Of a DNA stretch of 64,000 nt, positions 11,489 through 22,004 are shown piece after piece; position 1 is the stretch's first letter, and each line of letters begins with the position of its first letter. The stretch is from a virus. The DNA lies in the IMG/VR virus record IMGVR_UViG_3300027759_000048; one strand, 5' to 3'. The notes under the pieces are model-generated. The model ran no database searches and had not been told where the DNA came from. It worked only from the letters and a program-made list of their open reading frames with translations. The translations under genes and the position numbers were made by a program.

Positions 11489-14431
11489 ATGGCAAAGAAG
11501 TTAATTAAATCATATGTTTTCACACCGGGAGCGGCGGGAGTGGGATCCGTTGTTATTCCAGGCAAGGTGTCTATTGAAGATTTGTTGCTAGTTACTAACG
11601 TAACAAGAAACGTCATTATCTATAACTTCGGTGCTCCTGAATTTATTGGAACAACAGTTGTCTATACTGCCGCTGATACTGCTTTGTTCACAAATCTTCT
11701 TCAGAAAGAAGCTGGTTATACAACTATTACTCTTGCTTACAATACATCAACCCATAGTGCTACAGACAAACTACAAGTATTCGTAGAAGATTCAAAAGAC
11801 GGTGTTAAGATTAGACCATGGGCATTTGGTACTGACGCCATTGAACGTATTCGTGTAGCAAATCCACAGTCAATGATTGACGCCGACTTTGAATACGGTC
11901 TACAGCCTACGAAGTGGGCAGGTTACGGCACAATTCGTGGTTATCCTTCAACATACGAATTGCCAGGTATCGATCTAACAGTAACCACAGTTACCACAGA
12001 CTTCAATGCTACAAGTTCAACAAACAGTGTAATTACAGCAACATTCGATTCTGCTCATGGTATGGTCGCAGGTCAAGTTATTTGTATGACAAGTTTGAAT
12101 CCTGCTGTTGTTGGTTTCAGTAGAGCGGCAGGTAACTTTATCATCAACTCAGTGCCATCTTCTACATCCGTCACATACTTTGCTAAAGGTATTGTAGGAA
12201 CATTCAACGGTCAAAATTTGTTTATCACCTCTACACTAGCAAAAAGAGGTGCTCTCTACTCGGTATCAGAAATCGTTGTTAAAGATGCCACATCATCTGG
12301 TGCGATTCCTTCTGTTATGACGATCAATTTTAATGCTCCTCATGGACTTCTACCAGGTACACAGATATATGCTAACGTTGGATCTGGTAACTATGCCAAC
12401 CTAGCAACTGGTCCGTTTGTTATTACAAGCGTACCGTCACAAAACTCTTTCATCTATACTGCCAGAACAGGAGCAGCAGTTGCTTCTCCAGCTTTGATGA
12501 ATGTTTATGCGTTCAACTCATCATCTATTGTCCATCGACCACAAGACGGTGGTGTTGTTCTTGAAACAGGAACACCGACATATGGTGCTGTCGCAGTTCG
12601 TCAGACTAAAAAGTATTTCCGTTATCAATCTGGTAAAGGTTATTTCTGGTCAACTGGTACATTGTTTAAACCAAACTATGACGTTCAATCTATTACCTCC
12701 AGTGGTCTAGGCATTGGTTCTACTGTAACAGTAACCACAGATAATATCGATCATGGTTTACAACCTGGTGCGATTATTAGATTAAACAGTGTATTGACAT
12801 CTGGTTATAACGGAACATATACCGTCACTAGTATCGTAAGTGACTATTCTTTCACCTTTACTGCTACACAAAATCTTGGTGCCACTAGTGCGGTGCTTGA
12901 TATTGATTGTAGAGTTTATATTGACAGATGGACTGGCGCTTGTGTTAGAGCCGGTATGTTTGACGATCAGAACGGTATTTTCTGGGAGTTCGATGGTAAT
13001 AGACTTTATGTGGTTAGAAGATCATCCACGGCACAGGTTACTGGTACAGTTTCAGCAACATTAAACAGCAGTCTTATTACAGGAACAAGCACAAGATTTA
13101 CTCAGCAACTTAAAGCTGGTGATAAGGTCATGATTAGAGGTATGACACACTTTATTTCATATGTTGCGGATGATATAACCGCATACATTACACCAGATTA
13201 TCGTGGTGTTACTGCTACAGGTATTAAAGCAAGTATGATTAGAGAGTTGAGAATTCCTCAGAATGAATTTAACGTTGATACTATCGACGGTAACGGTCCT
13301 AGTGGATACAACATCGATCTAAACAAAATGCAGATGATGGCTATTCAGTTCTCATGGTACGGCGCTGGCTTCATTGATTACATGGTTCGTGGTTCAGATG
13401 GTAACTTCTTAACAGCACATCGTATCAAAAACAATAACGTCAATGACGAATCCTATATGCGTTCTGGTAACTTGCCTGTTCGTTATTCTATCGAGAATGA
13501 CTGTCCAGTTAGTTTCTTGACTACTGCTATGAATGCTACACAGAATACTATTCCAATCAAAGAAACTAAGTTCTTTCCTAATACGGGCATCGTTTATATT
13601 GACAATGAAATCATTAGTTATAATGGTAAGAGCACTACATCTGGTACAGGTAATCTGACGAATGCTGTTAGAAACTTTACTATGTCACAGTATCAATCCG
13701 GATCATCATATAATCTAACAGCGGGAGCTAACGTTGCTCACTCAGCCGCTAACGGCGTTATTATGATTCAGACAACTTGTAGTCCGACACTCAATCACTG
13801 GGGTTCTGCTCTTATTCTTGACGGTGGGTTTGACTCGGAACGTGGTTACATCTTCAACTATCAAAGAATTAACATGCCGCTTACAACTACAGCGCAGACG
13901 GCGTTCGTTATTCGTCTTGCTCCATCAGTTGAAAACTCACAGATTGGTCCATTGGGTTCTAAGACATTGCTCAATCGTTCTCAGTTGCTACTAGAAGAAG
14001 TCGGTGTTGCTGTCTCCGGCGGTTCATCATCACCTTTAGTTGGTAACATTATTATTGAAGGTATTCTCAATCCTAAGAACTTTAGTAATGCTACATGGAC
14101 AGCATTGAACACAGAGTCCGTGGGTGGACAGCCAAGTTTCGCTCAGGTTTCTCAGACTGTTATTTGGTCAACTATCGGTGCTGGTCCATCTTCTGGTGTT
14201 CAGTATGCTATTCCTGGTGAGCAGGTGTTCGCTTTCGCTGGTCAGGCAACTACATCAGGCGCTGTTAGTGATCGTCTTGACATCGGTAAACTAAAAGAGT
14301 TGACGGGTGCTCCACTTGGTGGTGACTTTAAGTATCCTGACGGCTCTGATATTCTAGCAATCAATATTAGAACGACATCAGGTACAGCGAACGCCGCACT
14401 TGTTTTGCGATGGTCAGAAGCACAGGCATAA
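11489..14431 (+). CDS. Large virion fibre/structural protein (980 aa, beta-rich, putative lectin-like)
   Basis: MAKKLI.SY.FTPG N-terminus, QSMIDADFEYGLQPTKW and VRQTKKYFRYQSGKG motifs as in T4-like structural proteins. Confidence 0.7.
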   Translation: MAKKLIKSYVFTPGAAGVGSVVIPGKVSIEDLLLVTNVTRNVIIYNFGAPEFIGTTVVYTAADTALFTNLLQKEAGYTTITLAYNTSTHSATDKLQVFVEDSKDGVKIRPWAFGTDAIERIRVANPQSMIDADFEYGLQPTKWAGYGTIRGYPSTYELPGIDLTVTTVTTDFNATSSTNSVITATFDSAHGMVAGQVICMTSLNPAVVGFSRAAGNFIINSVPSSTSVTYFAKGIVGTFNGQNLFITSTLAKRGALYSVSEIVVKDATSSGAIPSVMTINFNAPHGLLPGTQIYANVGSGNYANLATGPFVITSVPSQNSFIYTARTGAAVASPALMNVYAFNSSSIVHRPQDGGVVLETGTPTYGAVAVRQTKKYFRYQSGKGYFWSTGTLFKPNYDVQSITSSGLGIGSTVTVTTDNIDHGLQPGAIIRLNSVLTSGYNGTYTVTSIVSDYSFTFTATQNLGATSAVLDIDCRVYIDRWTGACVRAGMFDDQNGIFWEFDGNRLYVVRRSSTAQVTGTVSATLNSSLITGTSTRFTQQLKAGDKVMIRGMTHFISYVADDITAYITPDYRGVTATGIKASMIRELRIPQNEFNVDTIDGNGPSGYNIDLNKMQMMAIQFSWYGAGFIDYMVRGSDGNFLTAHRIKNNNVNDESYMRSGNLPVRYSIENDCPVSFLTTAMNATQNTIPIKETKFFPNTGIVYIDNEIISYNGKSTTSGTGNLTNAVRNFTMSQYQSGSSYNLTAGANVAHSAANGVIMIQTTCSPTLNHWGSALILDGGFDSERGYIFNYQRINMPLTTTAQTAFVIRLAPSVENSQIGPLGSKTLLNRSQLLLEEVGVAVSGGSSSPLVGNIIIEGILNPKNFSNATWTALNTESVGGQPSFAQVSQTVIWSTIGAGPSSGVQYAIPGEQVFAFAGQATTSGAVSDRLDIGKLKELTGAPLGGDFKYPDGSDILAINIRTTSGTANAALVLRWSEAQA

Positions 14432-14440
14432 AGGAAGAAA

Positions 14441-15190
14441 ATGGCAGCTTTAGACTTTCCAGTATCACCAGCTAATAATCAGATATACACTCTTAATGGA
14501 GTTCAGTATTACTATAATGGTGATATTGGTGCTTGGCTAACTAATCTAATTACCAATCCAGTCAATGCGAATACGACTAATACACAGATACTATTCAATG
14601 ATGCTGGCTATACTAACGGTTCAATTGGATTAGTTTTCAATAAGTATTCCAATACATTTACGACTGGTAGCATTGTTGCTTCAGGTAATATCTGGGCTAC
14701 TGGTAATGTCACTGTTTCTGGTAATGTCACTTCCAATGGTATCATATCAACATTAGATAAGATTGGTGTTGGTACTACTGGTCTAGCTGTAAATCAAAAG
14801 TTTCTGGTATATGGTGGACGTTCGGGTCTAATAGCAAATGCCGAGACATACTCAATTGGTGTCAGATATTCAATAGCGGCGGGCAACGATTACTATTACA
14901 TCGGAGCAACATCAGGAGCATCACCAAATCTAGTTTTCTCGAATGCTGGTGGTGCTGAAAGAGTTAGAATTTCTACTGATGGTAACGTTGGTATTGGTAA
15001 TACAAACCCAAGTCTAAAGCTAGAGGTTGCTGGCAATATGTCAGTAGATGCTTTCGTTGAATGCTCTGCTAACATCTCAACAAGCTATACAATCACTGAA
15101 GGTCGTAACGCTATGTCGGCTGGACCTATCACACTAAATAGTGGTGTAACAGTAACAGTTCCATCAGGTTCAACCTGGACAGTAGTGTAA
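14441..15190 (+). CDS. Branch fibre: N-terminal LDFP-SP-NQ plug, C-terminal NAMSAGP hub
   Basis: MAALDFPVSPANNQ...; ends NAMSAGPITLNSGVTVTVPSGSTWTVV. Confidence 0.7.
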   Translation: MAALDFPVSPANNQIYTLNGVQYYYNGDIGAWLTNLITNPVNANTTNTQILFNDAGYTNGSIGLVFNKYSNTFTTGSIVASGNIWATGNVTVSGNVTSNGIISTLDKIGVGTTGLAVNQKFLVYGGRSGLIANAETYSIGVRYSIAAGNDYYYIGATSGASPNLVFSNAGGAERVRISTDGNVGIGNTNPSLKLEVAGNMSVDAFVECSANISTSYTITEGRNAMSAGPITLNSGVTVTVPSGSTWTVV

Positions 15191-15200
15191 GGAAAGATAG

Positions 15201-15905
15201 ATGCCTGTTAGTATTAGTGGATCTGGACTAATTACCGGTCTCTCTTCTGGTGGTATTGCAAATGGATCAATATCAGCCAGTGCGTTGGATTCTTCGGTCC
15301 CGCTTGGATTAAAGTCAATTCAAATTTTTGAAACTGCTGGAAATTTTACATGGACAAGACCTGCTGGCATAAAAAGAATTAGAGTTTATGTGACTGGTGG
15401 TGGAGCAGGTGGCGGTTCACATAACCAAGACGATGCTCAAGGTGGTGGCGGAGCCGGTGGCACAGCAATCAAATTAATTGATGTTAGTTCTGTTTCATCT
15501 GTCGCTGTTACCATTGGTTCTGGTGGTACAGGATCAGTAGGCAACACAAATACAGGCGGATCCGACGGCGGAACATCATCATTTGGTGCATATTGTACCG
15601 CAACAGGAGGTTCAAGACCTGTAAACTGGGCGGGCGGCGGTCGTGGTGGTTCTGCTAGTGGAGGTGATATAAACTTATACGGTGCAGATGGTCACGGAGG
15701 CAATATCGACGGCGGCGGTAATGAAGAAACAGGTGGTAATGGAGGCAACTCTTTTTGGGGAGGCTCTGGAGCTGGCGGATCATACTGGATTGCTCGTGGA
15801 ACATCAAGAGGATGGGGTTGTGGTGGTGCAGGCACTCACGCCACTTCAAGCGATTCTGGTTCAAATGGTGTGTCTGGAGTTGTTGTTGTGGAGGAATACT
15901 ATTAA
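15201..15905 (+). CDS. Glycine-rich adhesin domain protein
   Basis: FTWTRPAGIKRIRVYVTGGGAGGG...GVVVVEEYY, a Gly-rich tip fold. Confidence 0.7.
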   Translation: MPVSISGSGLITGLSSGGIANGSISASALDSSVPLGLKSIQIFETAGNFTWTRPAGIKRIRVYVTGGGAGGGSHNQDDAQGGGGAGGTAIKLIDVSSVSSVAVTIGSGGTGSVGNTNTGGSDGGTSSFGAYCTATGGSRPVNWAGGGRGGSASGGDINLYGADGHGGNIDGGGNEETGGNGGNSFWGGSGAGGSYWIARGTSRGWGCGGAGTHATSSDSGSNGVSGVVVVEEYY

Positions 15906-16210
15906 TGAAAGCGTTAATATTTGACAATGTGGTAGTAGACCTAGCTCCCACTGAATTTGAAGTTCACAATAATCTATATTGGATTGATGCTGACGAAAAT
16001 GTTAAGGTGGGATGGAAATTAGTTAATGGTAATTTAGTTGAACCAGCACAACCAAATTACAACTATAAGCAGCTAAGAAGTTTATCATATCCACAAATGA
16101 TAGATTTTATTGACGCATACTACTGGGCTCAAAAGGGTGATAGCACAAAGATGGACGAATATATTGCTAAGTGTGACGCTGTTAAAGAAAAGTATCCAAA
16201 GGGTGAATAA
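15905..16210 (+). CDS. Small fibre partner/chaperone (true start ATG 15905)
   Basis: TAATG overlap with the upstream stop; R..YP...ID..Y....VKEKYPK motif. Confidence 0.65.
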   Translation: MKALIFDNVVVDLAPTEFEVHNNLYWIDADENVKVGWKLVNGNLVEPAQPNYNYKQLRSLSYPQMIDFIDAYYWAQKGDSTKMDEYIAKCDAVKEKYPKGE

Positions 16211-16797
16211 TGCCGATTAAACTAAACTCATCAGGTGGTGGTTCAATAACGATTGATGTGCCAAACATGTCAACAGCCAACACACTTACATTGCCTGCTA
16301 TTACAGGTAACGTTATCACCTCTGCGGATTCTAATACTATTACACAACCTATGATTAGTAGATCAGGTTTCTATGGTGGATTTGGTCCTGCTTTTAGTGC
16401 TTATAACATCGGTGGTCAAAGCGTATCTGCTGGTGTATATACAAAGCTACAGATTAATACTGAGGAATTTGATACAGCAAATTGTTACGATAACACAACA
16501 AACTATAGATTTACACCTAACGTCGCTGGATACTATCTTTTTACATTTAACGCTGAGAATGGTGCCGCTACCGCTCGACTAACAACATATTTGTATAAAA
16601 ATGGATCTGCATTTAAAAATGGTGTCGATTCAATAGGAAACGGAACAAATAGTAATAGTTCCAATGGATCTGCTCTTGCTTATGCCAATGGCACTTCAGA
16701 TTATTTTGAACTATATGCTCAGGGAAATAATGCTCAAAGCATACAACCAGGCTCAGCGGTTACATTTTTTCAAGCATTCTTAGTGAGGCCTGCATAA
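16210..16797 (+). CDS. Fibre tip with C1q/TNF-like beta-sandwich
   Basis: PAFSAY...EFDT..CYD...YRFTPNVAGYY.F...DYFELY...FFQAFLV. Confidence 0.7.
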   Translation: MPIKLNSSGGGSITIDVPNMSTANTLTLPAITGNVITSADSNTITQPMISRSGFYGGFGPAFSAYNIGGQSVSAGVYTKLQINTEEFDTANCYDNTTNYRFTPNVAGYYLFTFNAENGAATARLTTYLYKNGSAFKNGVDSIGNGTNSNSSNGSALAYANGTSDYFELYAQGNNAQSIQPGSAVTFFQAFLVRPA

Positions 16798-18356
16798 TGT
16801 CAACTATCAAATCAATCAACCTACAGCATCCAGGTAGCGTAAGAACAAATATCGTTTTAGATACCGGCGGTAACATGTCTTCGAACACTGTTACTTGTAA
16901 CGCTGCGGCAGTCAATAGTATTACAGCTAACGTCAGTGCCTCAAGTCTTAGATATAATAATGTGACCTACATTTCACAGTGTGGCGCAGGTTGTATGATG
17001 TTATTTCAGAATGGTAGAGTATATACAGCATCAGGTACCAGTGGTGGTACTGGAAATTATGCGACAGGTAGAGGATTGAACGGTCAAGTACCTGTGTATG
17101 GTCTAGACAAATTTAAGGCTGTTGCTTTTCCAAACGAAACCACAAATCCGATTCAATGCGGTACCGACGGGTTTAATAGATCGTGGGCACTATTCGCCAA
17201 TGGCAATCTTTATACATGGGGACTAAACAATAACGGTCAAATGGGAGTAGGCAATACAACTGCCTACGGATTCCCGACACTTTCTACAACAAACGTTAGT
17301 AATGTTTATGATCATCCAACAACATCCCAGAGATATCCAGACTACAATAGACTGATAATCAGAAAAAGAGATGGTTATCTATACACAACTGGTTACAATG
17401 GTATTGGTCAGTTAGGCGTCGGTGATACAACAAATAGAAGTTCATGGACTCAGATCACAGCATTAGGTACAGATATTCTCAATGTATGGAATATGGGATC
17501 TTATTGGGGTAATACCGTTGTTCAAAAAACTGATTTTACTATTTGGGTATGTGGTTATAATGGTTATGGTCAATTAGGTAACGGAAACACAACAACTCCT
17601 CAAAGTTCATTTATTAATGTTACATCAGCGTGGGGTGGTGGTTCGGGTTATATCTTGACAAAGGTGATTGGTGGGTTTGGTGGTTGGAACGGCGGCGATT
17701 TCGGTCAATCCTGGTTGGGAATGTTGCTTGATAATGGCACAACTACTATCTTCAGAACTTGTGGTAGAAACGGTGAAAGTCAGCTTGGTGATACCACAAC
17801 CACAGATCGTTCAACACCAATAACACCAAATGTTGGTGCAGGTCGTATCGCCGATGTTGCTTCTTTTGGTGATGGGCAGGGTGGTTGTCTTGTATTGAAA
17901 CCAGATGGTAGTTTATATACATGGGGTTATAATGGTTATGGTCAGCTAGGTAATGGCACCACAACAAATAATCCTACACCAACTATAAATCAAACTGGTG
18001 TAGCTGCCATATTATCAAACGGATGCACAAATTATGTTCAATCATTGACATCTGCCACGTTCATTAGAAAAACAGCAGATAACGGTCTTTACTGCACAGG
18101 TTATAACGGTAATGGTGAACTAGGCGTTGGTGACACAACGAATAGAACCACATACACCAAAGTTTTGTTACCTGGTGACTTTGTGGTATCTAATCTCGGA
18201 TGGATGGCCACAACATATCCCGTTCATAGTTTTATGGCACAATCTACTGATGGTAGATTTTATGTTTGGGGTTACAATTCTCAAAATAGTTTAGCTGCCG
18301 ATTCTACTATTACAGCATTAGTGCCTTATCAAATTACACCATTTCTTGGAGGGTGA
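16797..18356 (+). CDS. RCC1/BLIP-II-like seven-bladed beta-propeller adhesin
   Basis: Seven L/FY.WG.N..GQLG.G-type repeats. Confidence 0.85.
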   Translation: MSTIKSINLQHPGSVRTNIVLDTGGNMSSNTVTCNAAAVNSITANVSASSLRYNNVTYISQCGAGCMMLFQNGRVYTASGTSGGTGNYATGRGLNGQVPVYGLDKFKAVAFPNETTNPIQCGTDGFNRSWALFANGNLYTWGLNNNGQMGVGNTTAYGFPTLSTTNVSNVYDHPTTSQRYPDYNRLIIRKRDGYLYTTGYNGIGQLGVGDTTNRSSWTQITALGTDILNVWNMGSYWGNTVVQKTDFTIWVCGYNGYGQLGNGNTTTPQSSFINVTSAWGGGSGYILTKVIGGFGGWNGGDFGQSWLGMLLDNGTTTIFRTCGRNGESQLGDTTTTDRSTPITPNVGAGRIADVASFGDGQGGCLVLKPDGSLYTWGYNGYGQLGNGTTTNNPTPTINQTGVAAILSNGCTNYVQSLTSATFIRKTADNGLYCTGYNGNGELGVGDTTNRTTYTKVLLPGDFVVSNLGWMATTYPVHSFMAQSTDGRFYVWGYNSQNSLAADSTITALVPYQITPFLGG

Positions 18357-18358
18357 CA

Positions 18359-18709
18359 ATGGTTTATATCAAACGTATCTTTGAAAATGTCGTTCAACTC
18401 GCTGGCCAAGAAGCGACACCTCAGATGATAAAAGAGGGATGGTTTGCTTATGATGGTGAGATTCCTCCAGGACAAAACTTCAAACTGGTGAACGGTGTTC
18501 TAGAAGCATACACACCAGAGATATCTCCATTGATGCAATTTGAACTATATAAGAAATTTCTAAACGATACAGATTTCAAACTATTGCCTGGTTATGATCC
18601 TAAAGAAGGTGAAAGTCTAGATGATCTTATCTCAGAGAGAAAGATCGCTAGAGAGTTTATCAGAAGCTATCAAAGAGATGTAGCAAACACTCTTACCAAC
18701 TTACTATAA
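18359..18709 (+). CDS. Small fibre partner protein
   Basis: L..TD.K..P.Y...R..AR..IR motif; start is GTG 18353 or ATG 18359 after GGAGG. Confidence 0.6.
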   Translation: MVYIKRIFENVVQLAGQEATPQMIKEGWFAYDGEIPPGQNFKLVNGVLEAYTPEISPLMQFELYKKFLNDTDFKLLPGYDPKEGESLDDLISERKIAREFIRSYQRDVANTLTNLL

Positions 18710-18712
18710 ATA
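18705..18712 (+). promoter_or_regulatory. T4-type late promoter TATAAATA
   Basis: Exact box just before the 18720 gene. Confidence 0.7.
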
Positions 18713-18719
18713 GGATCAG

Positions 18720-19652
18720 ATGGCACTTACATTTCCTACAACACCAACTAACGGTCAAATATATCTAGACACTATTACGGGTAATAGATACATCTATAAC
18801 TCTAATACTGGCGCTTGGGCGTTTTCGTCTAACAATGTTGGTATGTCGGTTTCATCTACACCTCCTGGTAATATCGGGCCAGGCTCTATGTGGTTCAATA
18901 GAGAGATTGGTAGAACATTCGTATATTACAATGATGGCGATTCATCTCAGTGGATTGAGACTGTTCCTTCTGGTTCAATTGATACGACAACAATCGCATC
19001 ATATGTCAATCCAATCTATGCTTCACTAAACACCAACTGGACATACACTAACACAGCATACACGTTTGCCAATATTGCCGTAAACACAGCTAACACAGCA
19101 TTTCCGAATACACCAAACGTTTCATATAACGGTAGCTTCTATGTTCCTAATGGTGCTGTCAGTATCGGAACTAATTCATATCCCGTTGGTAAGTTTCATG
19201 TATTAGCCGCAAACGGCGAGATATCTAGATTTACAGCAACCGGCGCTTCTGGTGGTTATCATGTATCATATTTTGATAACTCGACACCATGGTATTTTGG
19301 TTCAGCTAAAGCAACTATCGCTGGCGGTAATATAAACGATTTGTATTTTGGTTCAGGCTCAGGCACAACAAACAATCTTATCTTTGGTACTGGTGGCACT
19401 GACCGCATAAGAATAAGTAGTGCGGGACATGTTCTTCCAGGATTATCCAACACATACGATCTTGGTGCTTCAACTGCCAGATGGCGTAATATCTTCACAG
19501 GCGACTTACATCTTGCTAACGAGTTTGGTAACTGGACCATTGTCGAAGGTGAAGATGAACTATTTCTCTATAACAATAAGAAAAGTAAGGTATATAAGTT
19601 CAATCTTACAGAGGTTGATCCTGCTACGGCACCACCTAAGAAAGATGTCTAA
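18720..19652 (+). CDS. Branch fibre with plug, socket and C-terminal DLHL..GNWTIVEGED hub
   Basis: MALTFPTTPTNGQ; MWFNREIGRTFVYYNDGDSSQWIE; the C-terminus resembles cyanophage fibres; late promoter at 18705. Confidence 0.7.
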   Translation: MALTFPTTPTNGQIYLDTITGNRYIYNSNTGAWAFSSNNVGMSVSSTPPGNIGPGSMWFNREIGRTFVYYNDGDSSQWIETVPSGSIDTTTIASYVNPIYASLNTNWTYTNTAYTFANIAVNTANTAFPNTPNVSYNGSFYVPNGAVSIGTNSYPVGKFHVLAANGEISRFTATGASGGYHVSYFDNSTPWYFGSAKATIAGGNINDLYFGSGSGTTNNLIFGTGGTDRIRISSAGHVLPGLSNTYDLGASTARWRNIFTGDLHLANEFGNWTIVEGEDELFLYNNKKSKVYKFNLTEVDPATAPPKKDV

Positions 19653-20227
19653 TGGCAATCAATCTAGGAAATGGTAGCAGTATAGAAGGTGGTAGTGGTG
19701 CTTTCAGAGTAAGAAACACATCTGGTTCTACAGTATTTGAACAAGGCATTACAACTTCTAGCGGCACATCATTTGGTTATTATAATAGCGGCAATATTCC
19801 TATGTTTATTGCTGGTAGAGCAACCGATTCTGGATGGATATCTGTTGCTGATGGTGCCTGGCGCAAGGTCAATGACTACTGTACCAATGTCAGCATCAAC
19901 GTAGGTTCTTGTTACGATACTTCTACAACAAGATTTACCGCTCCCATTTCAGGACCATATTTCTTAATGTTTTCAGCATACACCTATGCTGGAAACTATT
20001 ACCATCCTGTTATCGGCGTCAATGGTTCTCCAGGCGCCAGACACGGTACAGATACAAAGTATAGAATTAGAGGTCATGGTTATTTGTCTAATTATCAAAC
20101 AGACGCACAAATAGAAGAGGTTATTTGGTTACAAGCAGGTGACTATTCTGAAGTGTTTTGGGCGACCTCGGGCACAGCATATCATTATTCGCCATATAGT
20201 TTATTTGCAGGAGTTTATGTAGGCTAA
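19652..20227 (+). CDS. C1q-like tip protein A
   Basis: CYDTSTTRFTAPISGPY...LQAGDY; TAATG coupling. Confidence 0.7.
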   Translation: MAINLGNGSSIEGGSGAFRVRNTSGSTVFEQGITTSSGTSFGYYNSGNIPMFIAGRATDSGWISVADGAWRKVNDYCTNVSINVGSCYDTSTTRFTAPISGPYFLMFSAYTYAGNYYHPVIGVNGSPGARHGTDTKYRIRGHGYLSNYQTDAQIEEVIWLQAGDYSEVFWATSGTAYHYSPYSLFAGVYVG

Positions 20228-20823
20228 TGGGTATCGATGTTGGTGGCACACTACTAACGGGTGGAACATCTTTTACAGCTAGAGATTCTAGTGATAATCG
20301 ATTATACACACAATCATCCGCTGGTCTTGTTTTATCTCCGCTCGATAGTGGTGGTAATACTGTATTACCAATGTTCAATGTTGGCTTCAATTCAACGAAC
20401 GATTGGACAGACATGGGTGCTGCCTCTACTTGGGTTACTATTCCCTGGACATACACAGGCGGCAATGGATACTATAATGTAGGAAGCTGTTATAACACAT
20501 CAACATATAGATTTACTGCGCCATGGACCGGTATGTATTTGTTTTCATCTACAACATATTCGTATTGTGTTAATGGTAATACTAACAATTATTTTCACCT
20601 GATGTTTTGGGTTAATGGTGGAGGATCTAATCGTCGACCGGGTGGTGCAATCTATAGAATGAGACAATATGGTTTTCCTGGTAGCTATGCACACGACGGA
20701 GATATGTGTGAACCAATATATTTGACAGCGGGTGACTATGTTGATGTCAAATATTATTTTAACGTCACTTTGCGTATATATGGACCATATTCAACGTTTA
20801 GTGGTGTATTTCTAGGAAATTAA
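20227..20823 (+). CDS. C1q-like tip protein B
   Basis: CYNTSTYRFTAPWTGMY...LTAGDYV; paralogue of its neighbours. Confidence 0.7.
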   Translation: MGIDVGGTLLTGGTSFTARDSSDNRLYTQSSAGLVLSPLDSGGNTVLPMFNVGFNSTNDWTDMGAASTWVTIPWTYTGGNGYYNVGSCYNTSTYRFTAPWTGMYLFSSTTYSYCVNGNTNNYFHLMFWVNGGGSNRRPGGAIYRMRQYGFPGSYAHDGDMCEPIYLTAGDYVDVKYYFNVTLRIYGPYSTFSGVFLGN

Positions 20824-20824
20824 A

Positions 20825-21388
20825 ATGCCATTAGATATAGCAGGAGCCACAATTCAGTCTAGCAATACGGCATTGAGTATAATAGCCAATAGTCTGACTG
20901 GACTTAACATTGACGCATCAAATAGAGTAATACTTAGCAATAGACCTAGTTTCTTTGTTGAATCTACTCCGGCTGCCTGGAACAACTTTACTAATGGTAA
21001 TTGGGCAGTAATGCCGTTCAATACAGTTATATGGAATAATGGATCTTGTTATAGCACTAGCACTAACGCATTTACAGCACCTGTTTCTGGTGTATATTAC
21101 TTTACCTCAAGTCTATACTTTTATAAGAACACATCAACAAATTCTGATTCATATGTTCATCCTGGATTTTGGGTAAACGGAAGTTCAGGAGCAAGAGCGG
21201 CCGGGGCAGGACATGAGCATAGAATTAGAGGTAGAACAAACGCATCAAGTAGCTACTCTCACGACACACAGATAAATAACATTTATAGATTGACCGCAGG
21301 AGATTTCGTTCAGTTGTATGTATATGGTGGTGGAGCATTACAGTGGTATGCTACCCAAAACTTCTTTAGCGGCGCACTTATAGGATAA
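20825..21388 (+). CDS. C1q-like tip protein C
   Basis: CYSTSTNAFTAPVSGVY...LTAGDFV...FSGALIG. Confidence 0.7.
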   Translation: MPLDIAGATIQSSNTALSIIANSLTGLNIDASNRVILSNRPSFFVESTPAAWNNFTNGNWAVMPFNTVIWNNGSCYSTSTNAFTAPVSGVYYFTSSLYFYKNTSTNSDSYVHPGFWVNGSSGARAAGAGHEHRIRGRTNASSSYSHDTQINNIYRLTAGDFVQLYVYGGGALQWYATQNFFSGALIG

Positions 21389-21400
21389 GGAGAATAAAAA

Positions 21401-21673
21401 ATGGCTATGACTATTACAGTGTCACTTAATGATGTTGATGAAAAATGTATCAGATCGTTTGCGGCAGATCCAGAAGACTGGGTCAATAACTTTGTTCAGG
21501 CTAGGGTCTTTGCGGCAAAGCAAGAAATCTATCAGGCAGAGGTTCGTCGCATGACAGCCGATCCTAATATTCCTACTATTCCGGCAGATGTTGATTTAGT
21601 AGTATCTCAGGCTAATATTAAATACGCTAATTCTCAGCCAGAGTTGCCTCCGATGGGATCGCCTACCAACTAA
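21401..21673 (+). CDS. Small partner of C1q-like tips
   Basis: 90-aa ORF with SD AAGGAG; DP..WV.N...R..AK.EI motif. Confidence 0.6.
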   Translation: MAMTITVSLNDVDEKCIRSFAADPEDWVNNFVQARVFAAKQEIYQAEVRRMTADPNIPTIPADVDLVVSQANIKYANSQPELPPMGSPTN

Positions 21674-21696
21674 ATAGGAACAAAAGAGGAAAAACT

Positions 21697-21996
21697 ATGA
21701 GAGATTTATCAAAAGCAATTATGTCACTATATCCAGGAGCACAGTGGGTTCTCAATGGTGAGGAATACTCTGGGCTAGACTGGCTACCAGGTAATGAAAA
21801 ACCAAAGCCAACTCAGAAAGAGTTAGAAGATGAATGTGACCGTCTTCATCAGATTTGGTTGAACAATCAGTATCAGAGAGATAGAGCAAAGGCATATCCG
21901 TCATTCGCCGATCAGTTTGATACACTATATCACGGTGGTTATGATGCTTGGAAGGCATCTGTTGACGAAGTAAAGAACAAGTTTCCAAAACCATAA
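21697..21996 (+). CDS. Small fibre partner/chaperone
   Basis: AI.SL.PGA.W...LDW...YQRDRAKAYPS..DQ.D.LY...VK.KFPKP. Confidence 0.65.
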   Translation: MRDLSKAIMSLYPGAQWVLNGEEYSGLDWLPGNEKPKPTQKELEDECDRLHQIWLNNQYQRDRAKAYPSFADQFDTLYHGGYDAWKASVDEVKNKFPKP

Positions 21997-22004
21997 GGTA
22001 AGTA

